Positions 5,610 to 14,850 of a stretch of 64,000 bases of DNA are shown one piece after another. The translations under genes were made by a program, and so were the position numbers. A model generated the notes under the pieces. It was not told the DNA's origin. It ran no database searches and saw only the letters and a list, made by a program, of their open reading frames with translations. Position 1 is the stretch's first letter. Each line of letters starts with the position of its first letter. Origin of the DNA: a virus (Duplodnaviria > Caudoviricetes); the IMG/VR virus record IMGVR_UViG_3300037483_000378, positions 16,503 through 80,502 of that record, one strand, 5' to 3'.

Positions 5610-5795
5610 TCATCTGCTTCCGGCTCCATGACGAGACCGGACCAGGGCAGTCGCCCGTGCGACCGTCGCTGGCATGGGCCGAAGACCACGATGACGCGAC
5701 TCGCCGCCGCTCGCCCTGTCGGGCTTGCGGTCCTGCGTGAGCCGGTATGCGTGGCCGTCGCGAGCATCGAGGGCTCTCTCCGTGATGGTGGTCAT
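5610..5795 (-). CDS. small hypothetical protein
   Basis: ATG with AGAGG RBS, downstream of promoter-like motif. Confidence 0.35.
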   Translation of the reverse strand: MTTITERALDARDGHAYRLTQDRKPDRASGGESRHRGLRPMPATVARATALVRSRHGAGSR

Positions 5796-5809
5796 GCCTC
5801 TGCGTGGGG

Positions 5810-5838
5810 AGCATAACCCCCCGACGGCCCGGCGTAAA
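5810..5838 (-). promoter_or_regulatory. sigma70-like promoter
   Basis: TTTACG-17 nt-TATGCT; same -35 and GGGT-TAT at 36939-36967. Confidence 0.5.
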
Positions 5839-5944
5839 GTACCGCCACGGCCCCGCCGTCAGGCTTGGGGGCACGATGGGGGCGTCGGGATAGGCTTATG
5901 CGTGGCCCCCTAACGCCGCACCCCTTTAGGGGGCAGCCCACGCC

Positions 5945-6289
5945 TCACTCGTATCCGGGCTCGACGATGACGGTGAGCCAGCTGCGACCTGGATGCCGAG
6001 TCGTGTCCCCGTCATTCCACGTGGCCAGCACGTAGCACTGATACGTGCCGGGCGCGTCGAACGCGTTACCTCCACCCAGCTTGGCATCCACGGGATCGAA
6101 GACGAGCCCCAGGGTCACGGACGGCGACGGAGTGAGGGCACCAGCAGTGACGTGATTCGCGCTCTCGCCAGCCAACCGCGCGTACAGCACCGCACTCGTC
6201 AGATCATCCAAATTCGCGAGCCCGGTTGCCGAGATCGTGAGTACCAACGGTTCTGTGTCGGCGGGCTTGAGTCGAATCGTGTCAGGCAT
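5945..6289 (-). CDS. BppU-N/Ig-like virion protein
   Basis: IRLKPADTEPLVLTI...FDAPGTYQCYVLATW...LTVIV pattern. Confidence 0.55.
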   Translation of the reverse strand: MPDTIRLKPADTEPLVLTISATGLANLDDLTSAVLYARLAGESANHVTAGALTPSPSVTLGLVFDPVDAKLGGGNAFDAPGTYQCYVLATWNDGDTTRHPGRSWLTVIVEPGYE

Positions 6290-6296
6290 GATTGGT

Positions 6297-6512
6297 CTAG
6301 CTCCATGTCGCTGATCTAGCTGGGTCTATGATGGATGCGGTTCTGAGGGGATCCGTTAGGCTCGCGGCACGGCGCGGATCTACCCAGTCCGCGAGGTATG
6401 GCGGGAGAATCGATATCACTTCCTGAGCCGCAGCCCACGATGTGTCCGTCCACGTGGCAGCGGCCCATGTACCAGTGGCCCAACACGACCCTGCGGAACC
6501 AGGGAACGGCAT
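6297..6512 (-). CDS. small Trp-rich virion-associated protein
   Basis: tightly packed between neighbours; CWATGTWAAATWTDTSW. Confidence 0.55.
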   Translation of the reverse strand: MPFPGSAGSCWATGTWAAATWTDTSWAAAQEVISILPPYLADWVDPRRAASLTDPLRTASIIDPARSATWS

Positions 6513-6515
6513 GGC

Positions 6516-7910
6516 TTACGCCGGCCCCCACTCGTTGCCATCGACCCCGGTGCCTGTTAGGCCCGTGCCGTTCACGCTTTGCACGTTGGCGTCCACTTCG
6601 CCAGCCTTCGTGAAAGTCAAGCTGTCGGTCTTCGCCTTGATCGCGTCCACCACGGTGTCCACGGTCGCCAGGTTCGCCGCCGTGGCGAGCGCCGCGTCCG
6701 TGATGGCGGTGTCCACCTCGGCATTGACTTCGGCTGCCGTCAGGTCGTTGAGCGCGCTCACCTCGCTCGACAGCGCGTGGGCCTGTACCTCCTCCCCGAA
6801 GCTGCCGGCCGCGACATGGCCCGCCTTGGCCTCATCCCACACCCCGTCCGAGACCTGCGCCACGGTGGGCACGGCCGCCGTCACGTCGGCGCTGGACAGG
6901 TCGTTGAGGGCCGCGACGCCACCCTGCGTGGTCGCGTGCTGCGCGTCCTGTGCGGTGTCGAGCGCGTCCAGCGTGGTGATCGTGCCGGCGACTCCGCCGA
7001 CGGTGCCCGTGACGCTCCCCACCGCGCCGGTCACTGAGCCCACCGCGCCGGTCACGCTCCCGACCGACCCCGACAGGTCGCCCGTGATGTTCGCCGTCTG
7101 GTTGCCGAGGCCGGTCGTGGCCGTGAGGCTGTAGCCGGTCTTCGACCCTGCGGCCACCACGACGCCAGCGGTCCCGGTGTCATCGAGGATCGCGGCCGTA
7201 TCGACCTTGACCGCCGCCACGTCCGCGGAGACCGACGCGCCGGCCGGTGCACCGAGCCGAGCGAACACGTCGCCCGTCAGGTAGTCCACCAGCCGCTTCC
7301 CGATGGAGCCGACCGTGGTGAGCGCGGAGGACAGCGCGTCCCACACCGCCTGCACCCCTGCGGCCGACAGCGCGTATCCCGTCTTGCTCGCCGCCGCCAC
7401 CACGACGCCGTCCGTACCGGTGTCGAGGAGGATGGCGTCTACGACCCCGTCCACGGTGGCCAGAGCCGTCGCGGTGGCGATGTCCTGGGCCGCACCACCG
7501 ACCAGCGTGACGTCTATCTCCGGCACCCCAGCGACGGTCGGGGTCGCCGCGGCGGTCCCGAGCCACTGCGTCACGCTCACGTCGAGCACGTCCGAGCCGG
7601 CGACAATCGAATCGTACACGTTGGCGGGCAGAACCAGGAACTCGTGCCAGACCGGGAGATGCGTGGCGGCGTCATGCACCTTCAGCACGAGACTTCCGAG
7701 CGTGTTGGTGTGCGTCGTGGTGAGGGTGACGGGATACCATCCATCGGAGTCGTAGGTCCCGAGCACTGGCCCGGCGCCGTAGGCTCCGCCGGCCTTGCTG
7801 ATCTCGGTCCCGGCACCCGCGAGTCCGGCCTCCTCGGTGACGCCGTCCGTCTTGTCGAGGCACGGCCCGATGCGCTCCGTTACTTCCGTCGACTGCTTGA
7901 GGAGTCTCAT
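6516..7910 (-). CDS. Ala/Thr/Gly-rich virion structural protein (fiber/decoration-like)
   Basis: 464 aa; GSVTGAV and ALNDLS/T repeats. Confidence 0.65.
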   Translation of the reverse strand: MRLLKQSTEVTERIGPCLDKTDGVTEEAGLAGAGTEISKAGGAYGAGPVLGTYDSDGWYPVTLTTTHTNTLGSLVLKVHDAATHLPVWHEFLVLPANVYDSIVAGSDVLDVSVTQWLGTAAATPTVAGVPEIDVTLVGGAAQDIATATALATVDGVVDAILLDTGTDGVVVAAASKTGYALSAAGVQAVWDALSSALTTVGSIGKRLVDYLTGDVFARLGAPAGASVSADVAAVKVDTAAILDDTGTAGVVVAAGSKTGYSLTATTGLGNQTANITGDLSGSVGSVTGAVGSVTGAVGSVTGTVGGVAGTITTLDALDTAQDAQHATTQGGVAALNDLSSADVTAAVPTVAQVSDGVWDEAKAGHVAAGSFGEEVQAHALSSEVSALNDLTAAEVNAEVDTAITDAALATAANLATVDTVVDAIKAKTDSLTFTKAGEVDANVQSVNGTGLTGTGVDGNEWGPA

Positions 7911-8680
7911 ACTCGCATCCTACGATAAGAGTGCATGGCAACGGGGACCGAAAGTCCACCACCAACCGCAACCGGCGCGAACCGCTGCTTGGCAGCGCCC
8001 CACCTCCGCAGCGGCGCGTGTTCCGACGCCGTTGCGTCCGTGACCGTACCGGTCTTGCCGTTCCCGGAGTAGTCGAGCACCGCGCCCGTCGTGCGGGGAT
8101 CACCGACCAGGAGCGCCGTGCTCCGCTGCCATGAGGATATCCCGCCCCGCACGATTTCGTTGATCTGCGCGAGCGTCAGCGCCTCAGAGTAGATCGCGTA
8201 CCGGCTCAGGTCGCCGTCGCACGATAGGCCGCCACCAGCATCGTAATTGCCCATCCACGAGGTAACCCCCGCAGCAGACGGCGTAGTGCCGTCCGTTTGT
8301 AGCGCATAGGTGACTTCCGCGAGATCGCTCCCCAGCGTGCCGGTGTACAGACGGACGTGTGACCCAGCCGCCGCCGCCGCATCAAACGTGACGGCGACAA
8401 GGTACGTGGTCCCGGCAGCGAATACGCTCCCAACCGAATAGTAGTCGTGCGACCCCCACGAAAAGCGCAGGGACCCCGCCCCACCGTACCCACCGATATT
8501 GTCAATGGACACGAAACGGTTGCCGCCCCCATCCGAACACGACCAGACCAGCCGGAACGTAGACCCGTCGATCGTGCCGGGCCGAAACACGAAGAGCCAT
8601 GTGTTCGGGCCGCCGACAATCCCGACGTCGCCGTGGTCTACTCGCCGAGCGCTACCGGTGGGAGCGAAATTCAGAGCCAC
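7907..8680 (-). CDS. LamG/ConA-like lectin-domain virion protein
   Basis: TYLVAVTFD...RLYTG...GDLSRYAIYSEALTLAQI LamG pattern. Confidence 0.75.
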   Translation of the reverse strand: MALNFAPTGSARRVDHGDVGIVGGPNTWLFVFRPGTIDGSTFRLVWSCSDGGGNRFVSIDNIGGYGGAGSLRFSWGSHDYYSVGSVFAAGTTYLVAVTFDAAAAAGSHVRLYTGTLGSDLAEVTYALQTDGTTPSAAGVTSWMGNYDAGGGLSCDGDLSRYAIYSEALTLAQINEIVRGGISSWQRSTALLVGDPRTTGAVLDYSGNGKTGTVTDATASEHAPLRRWGAAKQRFAPVAVGGGLSVPVAMHSYRRMRV

Positions 8681-8684
8681 GGGA

Positions 8685-9206
8685 TCAGGTCTCGGTCATC
8701 ACGATGGCGAGGAGATGCGCGTCGCCCGTCGCGGTGTCGGTCTGGGTCGTACCGTCCGCGTCCCTGTTGACCTTGAGCCTGCCCAGTTCGTTCGCTGCCA
8801 ACGAGTCCATGTCGGCACCGTCCGTGAACGCGACCGTGAGCGAGGATGAAAGCTCATGCGCAGTCGTGGGCACCGTCTCGCTCGCCCCGTTCGCCGCAGC
8901 GAAGTCGCTTCCAGCCGCGTCCAGGTCGGCGGCATCAGCTACCCGCTCGATGGCGGCCTCTATCCCCACTGCACCGGAGGTTGCCGACTCCATCGCGTAG
9001 AAGAAACGGAGCGTGATCCCACCGCCCGCGTAGTTCGACGGCATGATGAAGGTCCAGATCACCGATTCGTCCACGGTGTCATCGAACCTGAGCGAGGGAC
9101 GGAACCCCGCGACCCCCGTGATGTAGCCGGGCACCGCAGGGGTCGTTGCCAGCGGGATATCGTGTTGCTCGGGGATGAAGACCCAGAGCGTATCGCCGGA
9201 TGCCAT
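8685..9206 (-). CDS. putative jelly-roll virion protein
   Basis: 173 aa beta-rich; FDDTVDESVIWTFIMPSNYAGG. Confidence 0.6.
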   Translation of the reverse strand: MASGDTLWVFIPEQHDIPLATTPAVPGYITGVAGFRPSLRFDDTVDESVIWTFIMPSNYAGGGITLRFFYAMESATSGAVGIEAAIERVADAADLDAAGSDFAAANGASETVPTTAHELSSSLTVAFTDGADMDSLAANELGRLKVNRDADGTTQTDTATGDAHLLAIVMTET

Positions 9207-9472
9207 TAGAGTGCCTCCCCACGGTGAGAGGGAACGTCAGCCGCGATCACCGCGCTCCAGAACGCCGAATTGATCTCAGCGTCCAGCGCGTTGATCCGCG
9301 TGCTCACGGTCGCCGTCTGGCCCTGGAGCGGCGTGCCCGTGACGTTCGGTGCCGCAGCCACGAAGGCCGCGCGCATTTCCTGCATCCGCGCCACGGACGC
9401 GCGGATCTTCAGCGCCTCCCGGGCGATGACCGCGATGGCGGTCGCAACCTTTTTCTTGTCCGAGACGGCCAT
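9206..9472 (-). CDS. hypothetical protein (88 aa)
   Basis: MAVSDKKKVAT...; stop abuts next start. Confidence 0.6.
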   Translation of the reverse strand: MAVSDKKKVATAIAVIAREALKIRASVARMQEMRAAFVAAAPNVTGTPLQGQTATVSTRINALDAEINSAFWSAVIAADVPSHRGEAL

Positions 9473-9504
9473 GGGGCCACCTCCCCGCTTGAGTGTGAGT
9501 GTCC

Positions 9505-10122
9505 CTACCCCGGCACGACCGTCTGAACGACGGCCGCCCCTGCTCCGATCCCTCCGACGATCTGCCATAGCCGGGCCGACCTTTCGGCCCTCGCCGCCCT
9601 ACTCTCTGCCAACCCGAGCCGATCCATCGCCTCCACGAGCGTCGCGTTCGCCGCCAAAAGCGCATCGTCCTTCGCGTCTAAGGCTAACTCCGCTAGTGTC
9701 GCCCGCCGCTCCCACAATGCGGCCCGGTCCCGGAGGACCGCTTTCTCGTCCTCGTTCGCCACCGCGAGTGCAGAGTCTGCCGCTACGTGAGCGTCCCACG
9801 CCTCCGTAGACGCACCCAGGCTGTCCAGGAGCGCGCGGACCGTGGCGCCCGACGTCTGGGCCGTGCGTGTCTCCCGAGCGGCACGCTGGGCCGCTTCCCG
9901 CTCGCGTTCGGCGGCTTGGGCCAGGACCCGGGGCATCGTGTCCCGCATGGCGTCCAGCTCCGCTACCGCTGAGTCTGCCCGATGCTCCGCTTCGACCCTT
10001 GCCGAATCCAGCCGGGCAAGCGCACCAGACTGGTCAGGCGTCCGGGGCGTGAGCGCCCACGACAGGACGATCCACGCGACGGCGCCGGCGATTACGAGGC
10101 CGACCTGTTTCATGGCTTCCAT
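9505..10122 (-). CDS. spanin-like protein (N-terminal TM + long coiled coil)
   Basis: TM VGLVIAGAVAWIVLSWAL, Ala/Glu/Arg helix, hydrophobic C-terminus; downstream of endolysin. Confidence 0.6.
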   Translation of the reverse strand: MEAMKQVGLVIAGAVAWIVLSWALTPRTPDQSGALARLDSARVEAEHRADSAVAELDAMRDTMPRVLAQAAEREREAAQRAARETRTAQTSGATVRALLDSLGASTEAWDAHVAADSALAVANEDEKAVLRDRAALWERRATLAELALDAKDDALLAANATLVEAMDRLGLAESRAARAERSARLWQIVGGIGAGAAVVQTVVPG

Positions 10123-10343
10123 TCTGGATACAACCCGAAGCGAGCGAGGATCTTGCGTGCCTTCGGCCCCCCCAGAGTGCGGCGTCCGTACTCCATGTCG
10201 CTGAGGTGCGCTGCACTACACCCCCCCTCGCGAGATACAAGACGCAGCGACATTCCCGCTGCCATGCGGCGGCGGCGTAGTTCCGCGCCGAGGCGCTTCC
10301 AGTCGGGGGCGACCCCGGTACCGTGGCAGTGCTTGCATTTCAT
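10110..10343 (-). CDS. XRE-type HTH protein with CxxCxGxG
   Basis: MKCKHCHGTG...LRRRRMAAGMSLRLVS...HLSDMEYGRR. Confidence 0.75.
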   Translation of the reverse strand: MKCKHCHGTGVAPDWKRLGAELRRRRMAAGMSLRLVSREGGCSAAHLSDMEYGRRTLGGPKARKILARFGLYPEWKP

Positions 10344-10450
10344 CGTGGGCCACCCCGTTTTGTGTCGACAATCACGTAGATGATCGTGACCCACGAGCAC
10401 GCCAGGACTACAGCCACTATAGCCCAGAACGGAAGACAGAAATCATTCAC
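10340..10450 (-). CDS. small membrane protein (36 aa)
   Basis: GTG start; hydrophobic FWAIVAVVLACSWVTIIYVIV. Confidence 0.4.
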   Translation of the reverse strand: MNDFCLPFWAIVAVVLACSWVTIIYVIVDTKRGGPR

Positions 10451-11153
10451 GGCGCGCGTCTCCGGGGATATTGCCGTCAGGTCCAGGTATCTCGAAATCG
10501 TGCATACACTGAGCGTAGCCGCGGTCCCACTGGTCCACCGCACTTCGAGGCGCGGTGGCTTTTAACCGCTCGTTCTCGGCACGGAGCGCGACCACTTCAG
10601 CGCACAACCACGGCACATCTTCGCGAGCGTGGACAACAAAGGCTGCGTCCCGTTCACGTTGTGGCGCCGCACGACGGACACCCTCGCCGCGTCGGTAGTC
10701 ATCGTGAACGCGAAAAAGTGGTTCAATATGTCCCCACATCCCACGCTTAACCCACACCTTCCCAACAGCCGTATCGGGGTCCTGAATCCACGGCCCCTTG
10801 GTAGCGGCGTCCGCTCGTTCTTGGATTCGTGCGAGCCGTTCCACCATGTCCTCCGTGTCCATTGCCCCACAGTTAGTCAGAGAAGGGAACGCCTTGTCTA
10901 CTCGGCGTGCCGTTTCGTAGTCGGGGGCGATAATGAGTTCGCGCCCGTCCGCCAAGGCGATATTGCCGGGCCGAATACCATGCCCGCAGCACGACGCCAC
11001 GGTTCGGATACAGGCCTTGTTTAGCGCCTCTACGATGCGGGCGATACACGAATCCACACTTACTTCGCCGATCTCAAGGGACGTGTTCGTGGGGTCCTCT
11101 GGATGTAACCGCACCCATATGGGTACCGAGACCGTTTTTCCACGCTCACACAT
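10443..11153 (-). CDS. mosaic protein (SCCGH domain + Ead/Ea22-like helix)
   Basis: VDSCIARIVEALN..RTVASCCGH; ADAATKGPW...DAAFVVHAREDVPWL. Confidence 0.65.
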   Translation of the reverse strand: MCERGKTVSVPIWVRLHPEDPTNTSLEIGEVSVDSCIARIVEALNKACIRTVASCCGHGIRPGNIALADGRELIIAPDYETARRVDKAFPSLTNCGAMDTEDMVERLARIQERADAATKGPWIQDPDTAVGKVWVKRGMWGHIEPLFRVHDDYRRGEGVRRAAPQRERDAAFVVHAREDVPWLCAEVVALRAENERLKATAPRSAVDQWDRGYAQCMHDFEIPGPDGNIPGDARRE

Positions 11154-11565
11154 CTGAAGTCCAGCCTTTCGCAATACACTGGGCCCCAACGACTTCGAAC
11201 CACGCGTTGAAGTCCATGCACTCGCGGGATGGGTTGCGGGCAGCGGCCCACCCGAGATTCATCGCCTTCTTGATCGCATCCCCAACGCCCCGGCCTCCAC
11301 ACGCGGTCCAGCACGGGCACGGTATTTCTTCCCCTCCGTTTTCAACGGACCACTCCTCACACTCCTTTGCTGCGTCGCGGAAGTTCTGCTCTCGCTCCAT
11401 CAACTCCGCGTATTCGCCGACACCGTGCCCGGCCTCATGGTAAAACTTCATTGCGATGGCGTAGTGTTGCTCGTCATCCAAGTACACGTCGCCTTCTTTG
11501 GATTCGGTGAGGGCCGCACATACTGCAATCGAGTATCCGTCTACCACACGTAGCCTCATGGCCAT
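11146..11565 (-). CDS. hypothetical protein
   Basis: 139 aa, coupled to neighbours. Confidence 0.55.
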   Translation of the reverse strand: MAMRLRVVDGYSIAVCAALTESKEGDVYLDDEQHYAIAMKFYHEAGHGVGEYAELMEREQNFRDAAKECEEWSVENGGEEIPCPCWTACGGRGVGDAIKKAMNLGWAAARNPSRECMDFNAWFEVVGAQCIAKGWTSDV

Positions 11566-11568
11566 GGT

Positions 11569-11781
11569 CTAATCTCCGGGCATCGTCGGTGGTTCGATCG
11601 GTCCAGCCCACAGCCAGTCCTCCTTGTCCAACTCGTCGAGTGCTGTGGTTCCAGCGTCCAGCCACAGGTCCCCCTCCGGGCCTTCTTCCACGAGTACGAT
11701 TGTCGGGTCTTCGCGGCCATCGATCACGTATAGCCAGTACCACCCAACCCTATTTGGCAGATCAGAAGTCCACGCGCTCAT
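11569..11781 (-). CDS. DUF551-like small phage protein
   Basis: WTSDLPNRVGWYW...WAGPIEPP. Confidence 0.6.
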   Translation of the reverse strand: MSAWTSDLPNRVGWYWLYVIDGREDPTIVLVEEGPEGDLWLDAGTTALDELDKEDWLWAGPIEPPTMPGD

Positions 11782-11908
11782 TCCTTGTCCTCGTTTAGGT
11801 GTGGGTGAAGTCCGTCACCTAATGTAAGCGCGAAGCGCGTATAGGGCAAACAGTTTCATTGCGGCCAGAGCCAGACGCCCGCGATGTGGATGCCGTAGCC
11901 CGGAGTGC

Positions 11909-12319
11909 TCACGGCCTCACCTGCCAATGGGGAAGATCCCTACGATTCGCGGGCCAATTTCCCCCCCATTCGACATGGATGCCCATGTGCAGCGCGGTCG
12001 CTTGGACGAATCCGGCCAGCCGGTAGAACCGACTCTCGTCCTGCCAGTCAATCGGCCACGGGGCCACGTCCACCGCTAGTCCCCGACCCTGAGCGTCGGT
12101 ACGCTGGTGGTTCGACAGGTTCGTCACACCGTCCGCGTAGGTGACAATCGAGCCTTTCGCCGTCCGGCCCTGAGCGTAGAGGGCTTGCTGGCGTTCCGTC
12201 GTCCTGCGGCCTTCCAGGATCGTGATATCGAAGTCCTTGATGACCTGCGTGAACAGCCGCTGCAGGTCCGGGTGGGCCGTCGCCAGTTCGCGTTTCGACC
12301 GCTCGCCAAATTCCGGCAT
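11909..12319 (-). CDS. endolysin, M15 L-Ala-D-Glu peptidase
   Basis: EGRRTTERQQALYAQGRT...SNH...LAVD...WGGNW...DLPHWQ Zn motifs. Confidence 0.92.
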   Translation of the reverse strand: MPEFGERSKRELATAHPDLQRLFTQVIKDFDITILEGRRTTERQQALYAQGRTAKGSIVTYADGVTNLSNHQRTDAQGRGLAVDVAPWPIDWQDESRFYRLAGFVQATALHMGIHVEWGGNWPANRRDLPHWQVRP

Positions 12320-12715
12320 CTATTTGTCCTCCATCGTGTACGTAGACTCGGACTCGGTGTGCGTCGTGCGTCGTGAGATCATGCCGCCGAAGATCGCCGT
12401 GAGCGCCTGAAGCGCTTCCTTGCCCGGCACCGCTGCGAACAGGTCGGCTACCGGAAGCGCGAGGACGATCACGGTCAACGCGGCAAAGTCCCAAGGGCCA
12501 AACGTCTCTGGCCAGTTCTCACAGAACAGAACGAACGCACCCACGTCGATGATCCTGAACGCGGACAGGCTGCGGCCCCGGGAGTGCTTGCCTTCGATGG
12601 CCGATAGCGGATAGTGCAGAACGTCGCCGATCTTCCGGGACGTGCTCCGCTGGCCCCTCGCGTCCGGCTCGCTCATGTCTGTCACGCTTCCCTCCATATC
12701 CCACGAGTCAGGCAC
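12320..12715 (-). CDS. putative holin
   Basis: hydrophobic segments; directly upstream of endolysin; start uncertain. Confidence 0.5.
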   Translation of the reverse strand: MPDSWDMEGSVTDMSEPDARGQRSTSRKIGDVLHYPLSAIEGKHSRGRSLSAFRIIDVGAFVLFCENWPETFGPWDFAALTVIVLALPVADLFAAVPGKEALQALTAIFGGMISRRTTHTESESTYTMEDK

Positions 12716-12782
12716 CCGCAGCGATCTCCGGGTGAGCGGGTCGGGCGCCGGAGGTTTGATCGACCGCCCGGCGTTCTACCCG

Positions 12783-13037
12783 TTACTCCACCGGCTCCGT
12801 CGGCGTGATGTCCACGTAGTACGTCTCCCCCTCAACGAAGAACCCGGCCAGGTTCGGATTCGACACCCCGAACTCCAGCGTGCCCCACGGCGTCGCCGCC
12901 GAGAACTTCGTGTCCTCCGGGTCATCCTCCGCGTACCGGGTGTGCATCAGCACCTTCTGTTCGTCGTACTGTCCCGGCGTCCCCGGCGTCCCATCCGCCT
13001 TCGTCACCGTGAACTTGCACCGCGCTCTCTTGGGCAT
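12783..13037 (-). CDS. conserved hypothetical phage protein
   Basis: RCKF...FSAATPWGTLEF.VSNP...F..G.TYYVDIT. Confidence 0.7.
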   Translation of the reverse strand: MPKRARCKFTVTKADGTPGTPGQYDEQKVLMHTRYAEDDPEDTKFSAATPWGTLEFGVSNPNLAGFFVEGETYYVDITPTEPVE

Positions 13038-13101
13038 CGTCCCCTCCTGTGTGTTGGTGGCCCGAGTGTCAGAACGAGGTCGGGCCGTCCCCGTTGCGCA
13101 T

Positions 13102-13278
13102 CTATGGCATCGTCGGCGCTACGCCAGCCCAGCGCAGCAGGAACATGAGCAGCCACAGAACCAGCACGATGATGACCGCGCCGTTGAGGATTCGGACCCT
13201 CGCTTCCATGGGAATGAACGTGTTGGCGAGCCATAGGACAACGCCCACTGCGATGATGATGACCGCGACCTGAATCAT
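13102..13278 (-). CDS. Thivi_2564-like two-TM membrane protein (58 aa, below ORF-track cutoff)
   Basis: MIQVAVIIIAVGVVLWLANTFIPMEARVRILNGAVIIVLVLWLL; GGAGG RBS. Confidence 0.75.
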   Translation of the reverse strand: MIQVAVIIIAVGVVLWLANTFIPMEARVRILNGAVIIVLVLWLLMFLLRWAGVAPTMP

Positions 13279-13315
13279 GGTGTACCTCCCGCTTTTGCGT
13301 CTCGGATATCCTGCC

Positions 13316-13600
13316 TCAGTTCTTCGACCTTGCCTGTGAGCGTCGCTCGTCCTGCCGGGTGAGCTGCTCCGCTATGCTCACCTGCGCCCGAGCCATCGCG
13401 TCCATCTGCATGACCATGCGCTCCAGCGGCTTGACGATCTCAGCCACAAGCAAGTCCTGGCGGGCGGCTTCTGCTGCCTTCCACTCCCGGCGCGTCACCC
13501 ACCGGATGTCGCCACGGATCAGGCCGATAGCCCCGATGGGCACCGCGACGATGCCGACGAGCCCCGCGATCTGGAGCGCCAGTGCGAGATAGTCGCTCAT
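13316..13600 (-). CDS. TM + coiled-coil protein (holin/antiholin-like)
   Basis: N-terminal hydrophobic helix then amphipathic helix. Confidence 0.6.
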   Translation of the reverse strand: MSDYLALALQIAGLVGIVAVPIGAIGLIRGDIRWVTRREWKAAEAARQDLLVAEIVKPLERMVMQMDAMARAQVSIAEQLTRQDERRSQARSKN

Positions 13601-14007
13601 GCCTCGCGCTCCTGTATCGCGTCCTCGCGCCGACGCACCTTGTCGAGCATCTGCACGAGCAGCTCCACGGCCACCGAGATCTCCGGGCGCTCGGCATCGA
13701 GGGCGCGGCGGATGCGGTCCAGGTCGTCGGCAATTGTGGCGAAGCGCGTCTCCCAGCCCATGACGACGCGTTCCAGCCGGAGCACCTTCTGGCCCAGATC
13801 GTCGTTCTCCTGTTCGGTGCGCTCCAACCGGCTTTGCAGCGAATCGCGGAATCGCTCCGCTGCCTCGCTGTCTGAGATCCGGTCGCGCCGTTGCTGCGCA
13901 CTGTCCGCGCTCCGACCCTTGGCCGTGTAGTCGATCAACTTCACCGCGATCATCCCCAGCACGGGCACGGCGGCGCCGATGAGCGCGGCCAGGACGGACG
14001 GGTTCAT
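13597..14007 (-). CDS. TM + coiled-coil protein
   Basis: MNPSVLAALIGAAVPVLGMIAVKLI then heptad-rich helix. Confidence 0.65.
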   Translation of the reverse strand: MNPSVLAALIGAAVPVLGMIAVKLIDYTAKGRSADSAQQRRDRISDSEAAERFRDSLQSRLERTEQENDDLGQKVLRLERVVMGWETRFATIADDLDRIRRALDAERPEISVAVELLVQMLDKVRRREDAIQEREA

Positions 14008-14438
14008 CGGGTCACTCTCCGGGCGGGCGGGTAGAGGATCCTCAGCCGGGAGTAGACCCAGAGCGAGGCGAGGGCATAGGGCAGGTGGGTCGGCAGCGCA
14101 GCGGACCACGGCACGGTCGCCATCAGCGCACCCAGCACGGCCAGCCAGAGTAGCATGGTGACCACGACCGCGCGGCGGCATTGGTGGACGTCGCGGCGCC
14201 GGATCGCCCGCCGGTGCGCGATCCCGTGGCCCAAGAACAAAGCGCCCACCAGCCACTCCGGGATGATCCGAAGCACGGTGTAGGCTGCGGGCACCGAGTC
14301 GTACACGTCCCACCAGCCGAGCAGCCACGCCCCGTACCCGATGGCGCTCCACGCCAGGACACGCTCGGTCGATACCGTGCGCTCCCCGGTTAGGGCGGCG
14401 CGGACGTCGGCCAGGGCGCGGCGGATGGGGCTCACCAT
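14004..14438 (-). CDS. multi-pass membrane protein
   Basis: 3-4 hydrophobic segments; GGAGG RBS before ATG 14438. Confidence 0.6.
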   Translation of the reverse strand: MVSPIRRALADVRAALTGERTVSTERVLAWSAIGYGAWLLGWWDVYDSVPAAYTVLRIIPEWLVGALFLGHGIAHRRAIRRRDVHQCRRAVVVTMLLWLAVLGALMATVPWSAALPTHLPYALASLWVYSRLRILYPPARRVTR

Positions 14439-14521
14439 GGCCTCCACCACCACAGTGACCCACCCGGCGGGCACGTCAGCAGGAACAGCGTGAAGCACGC
14501 GAGCACGGTGGCGAACACGGG

Positions 14522-14839
14522 CTAGCCCTCGGGGTGCGTGCGCACCCGGTCAGCCAGAGATTCCACAATCCGGCCCAAGCCGACAGGGAGCCGATCAAGC
14601 ATCTGGGCCAAGGCGTCCGCAAGCAGGGTGCGCTCCCGATCGGACAAATCTAGTTCGGCTGATTCTCCGATCCGGCGCGGCGTATACCCGTCCCGGTCCG
14701 TCGGTCCGGTCTCAACACCCGCGGCCTCGATCTTTTCGAGTAGCTGAAGCCGCTCACGGTACGCGCCCACGCTGCCCGGCGATGCGTAGAACGCGGCCGG
14801 CAGAACGAAGTCGGCATATTCTCGATTCGTGATCTTCAT
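14522..14839 (-). CDS. hypothetical protein downstream of tail spike (possible chaperone)
   Basis: 105 aa; position. Confidence 0.55.
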   Translation of the reverse strand: MKITNREYADFVLPAAFYASPGSVGAYRERLQLLEKIEAAGVETGPTDRDGYTPRRIGESAELDLSDRERTLLADALAQMLDRLPVGLGRIVESLADRVRTHPEG

Positions 14840-14850
14840 GGCCCCATCCC

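Noticed and set aside
6316-6531. Alternative 71-aa ORF
   Set aside because: 6297..6512 fits the stop/start spacing of both neighbours better
6960-7100. Tandem DNA repeats (GSVTGAV) as CRISPR or DGR
   Set aside because: Short in-frame coding repeats; no spacers, no reverse transcriptase, no adenine-specific template/variable pair
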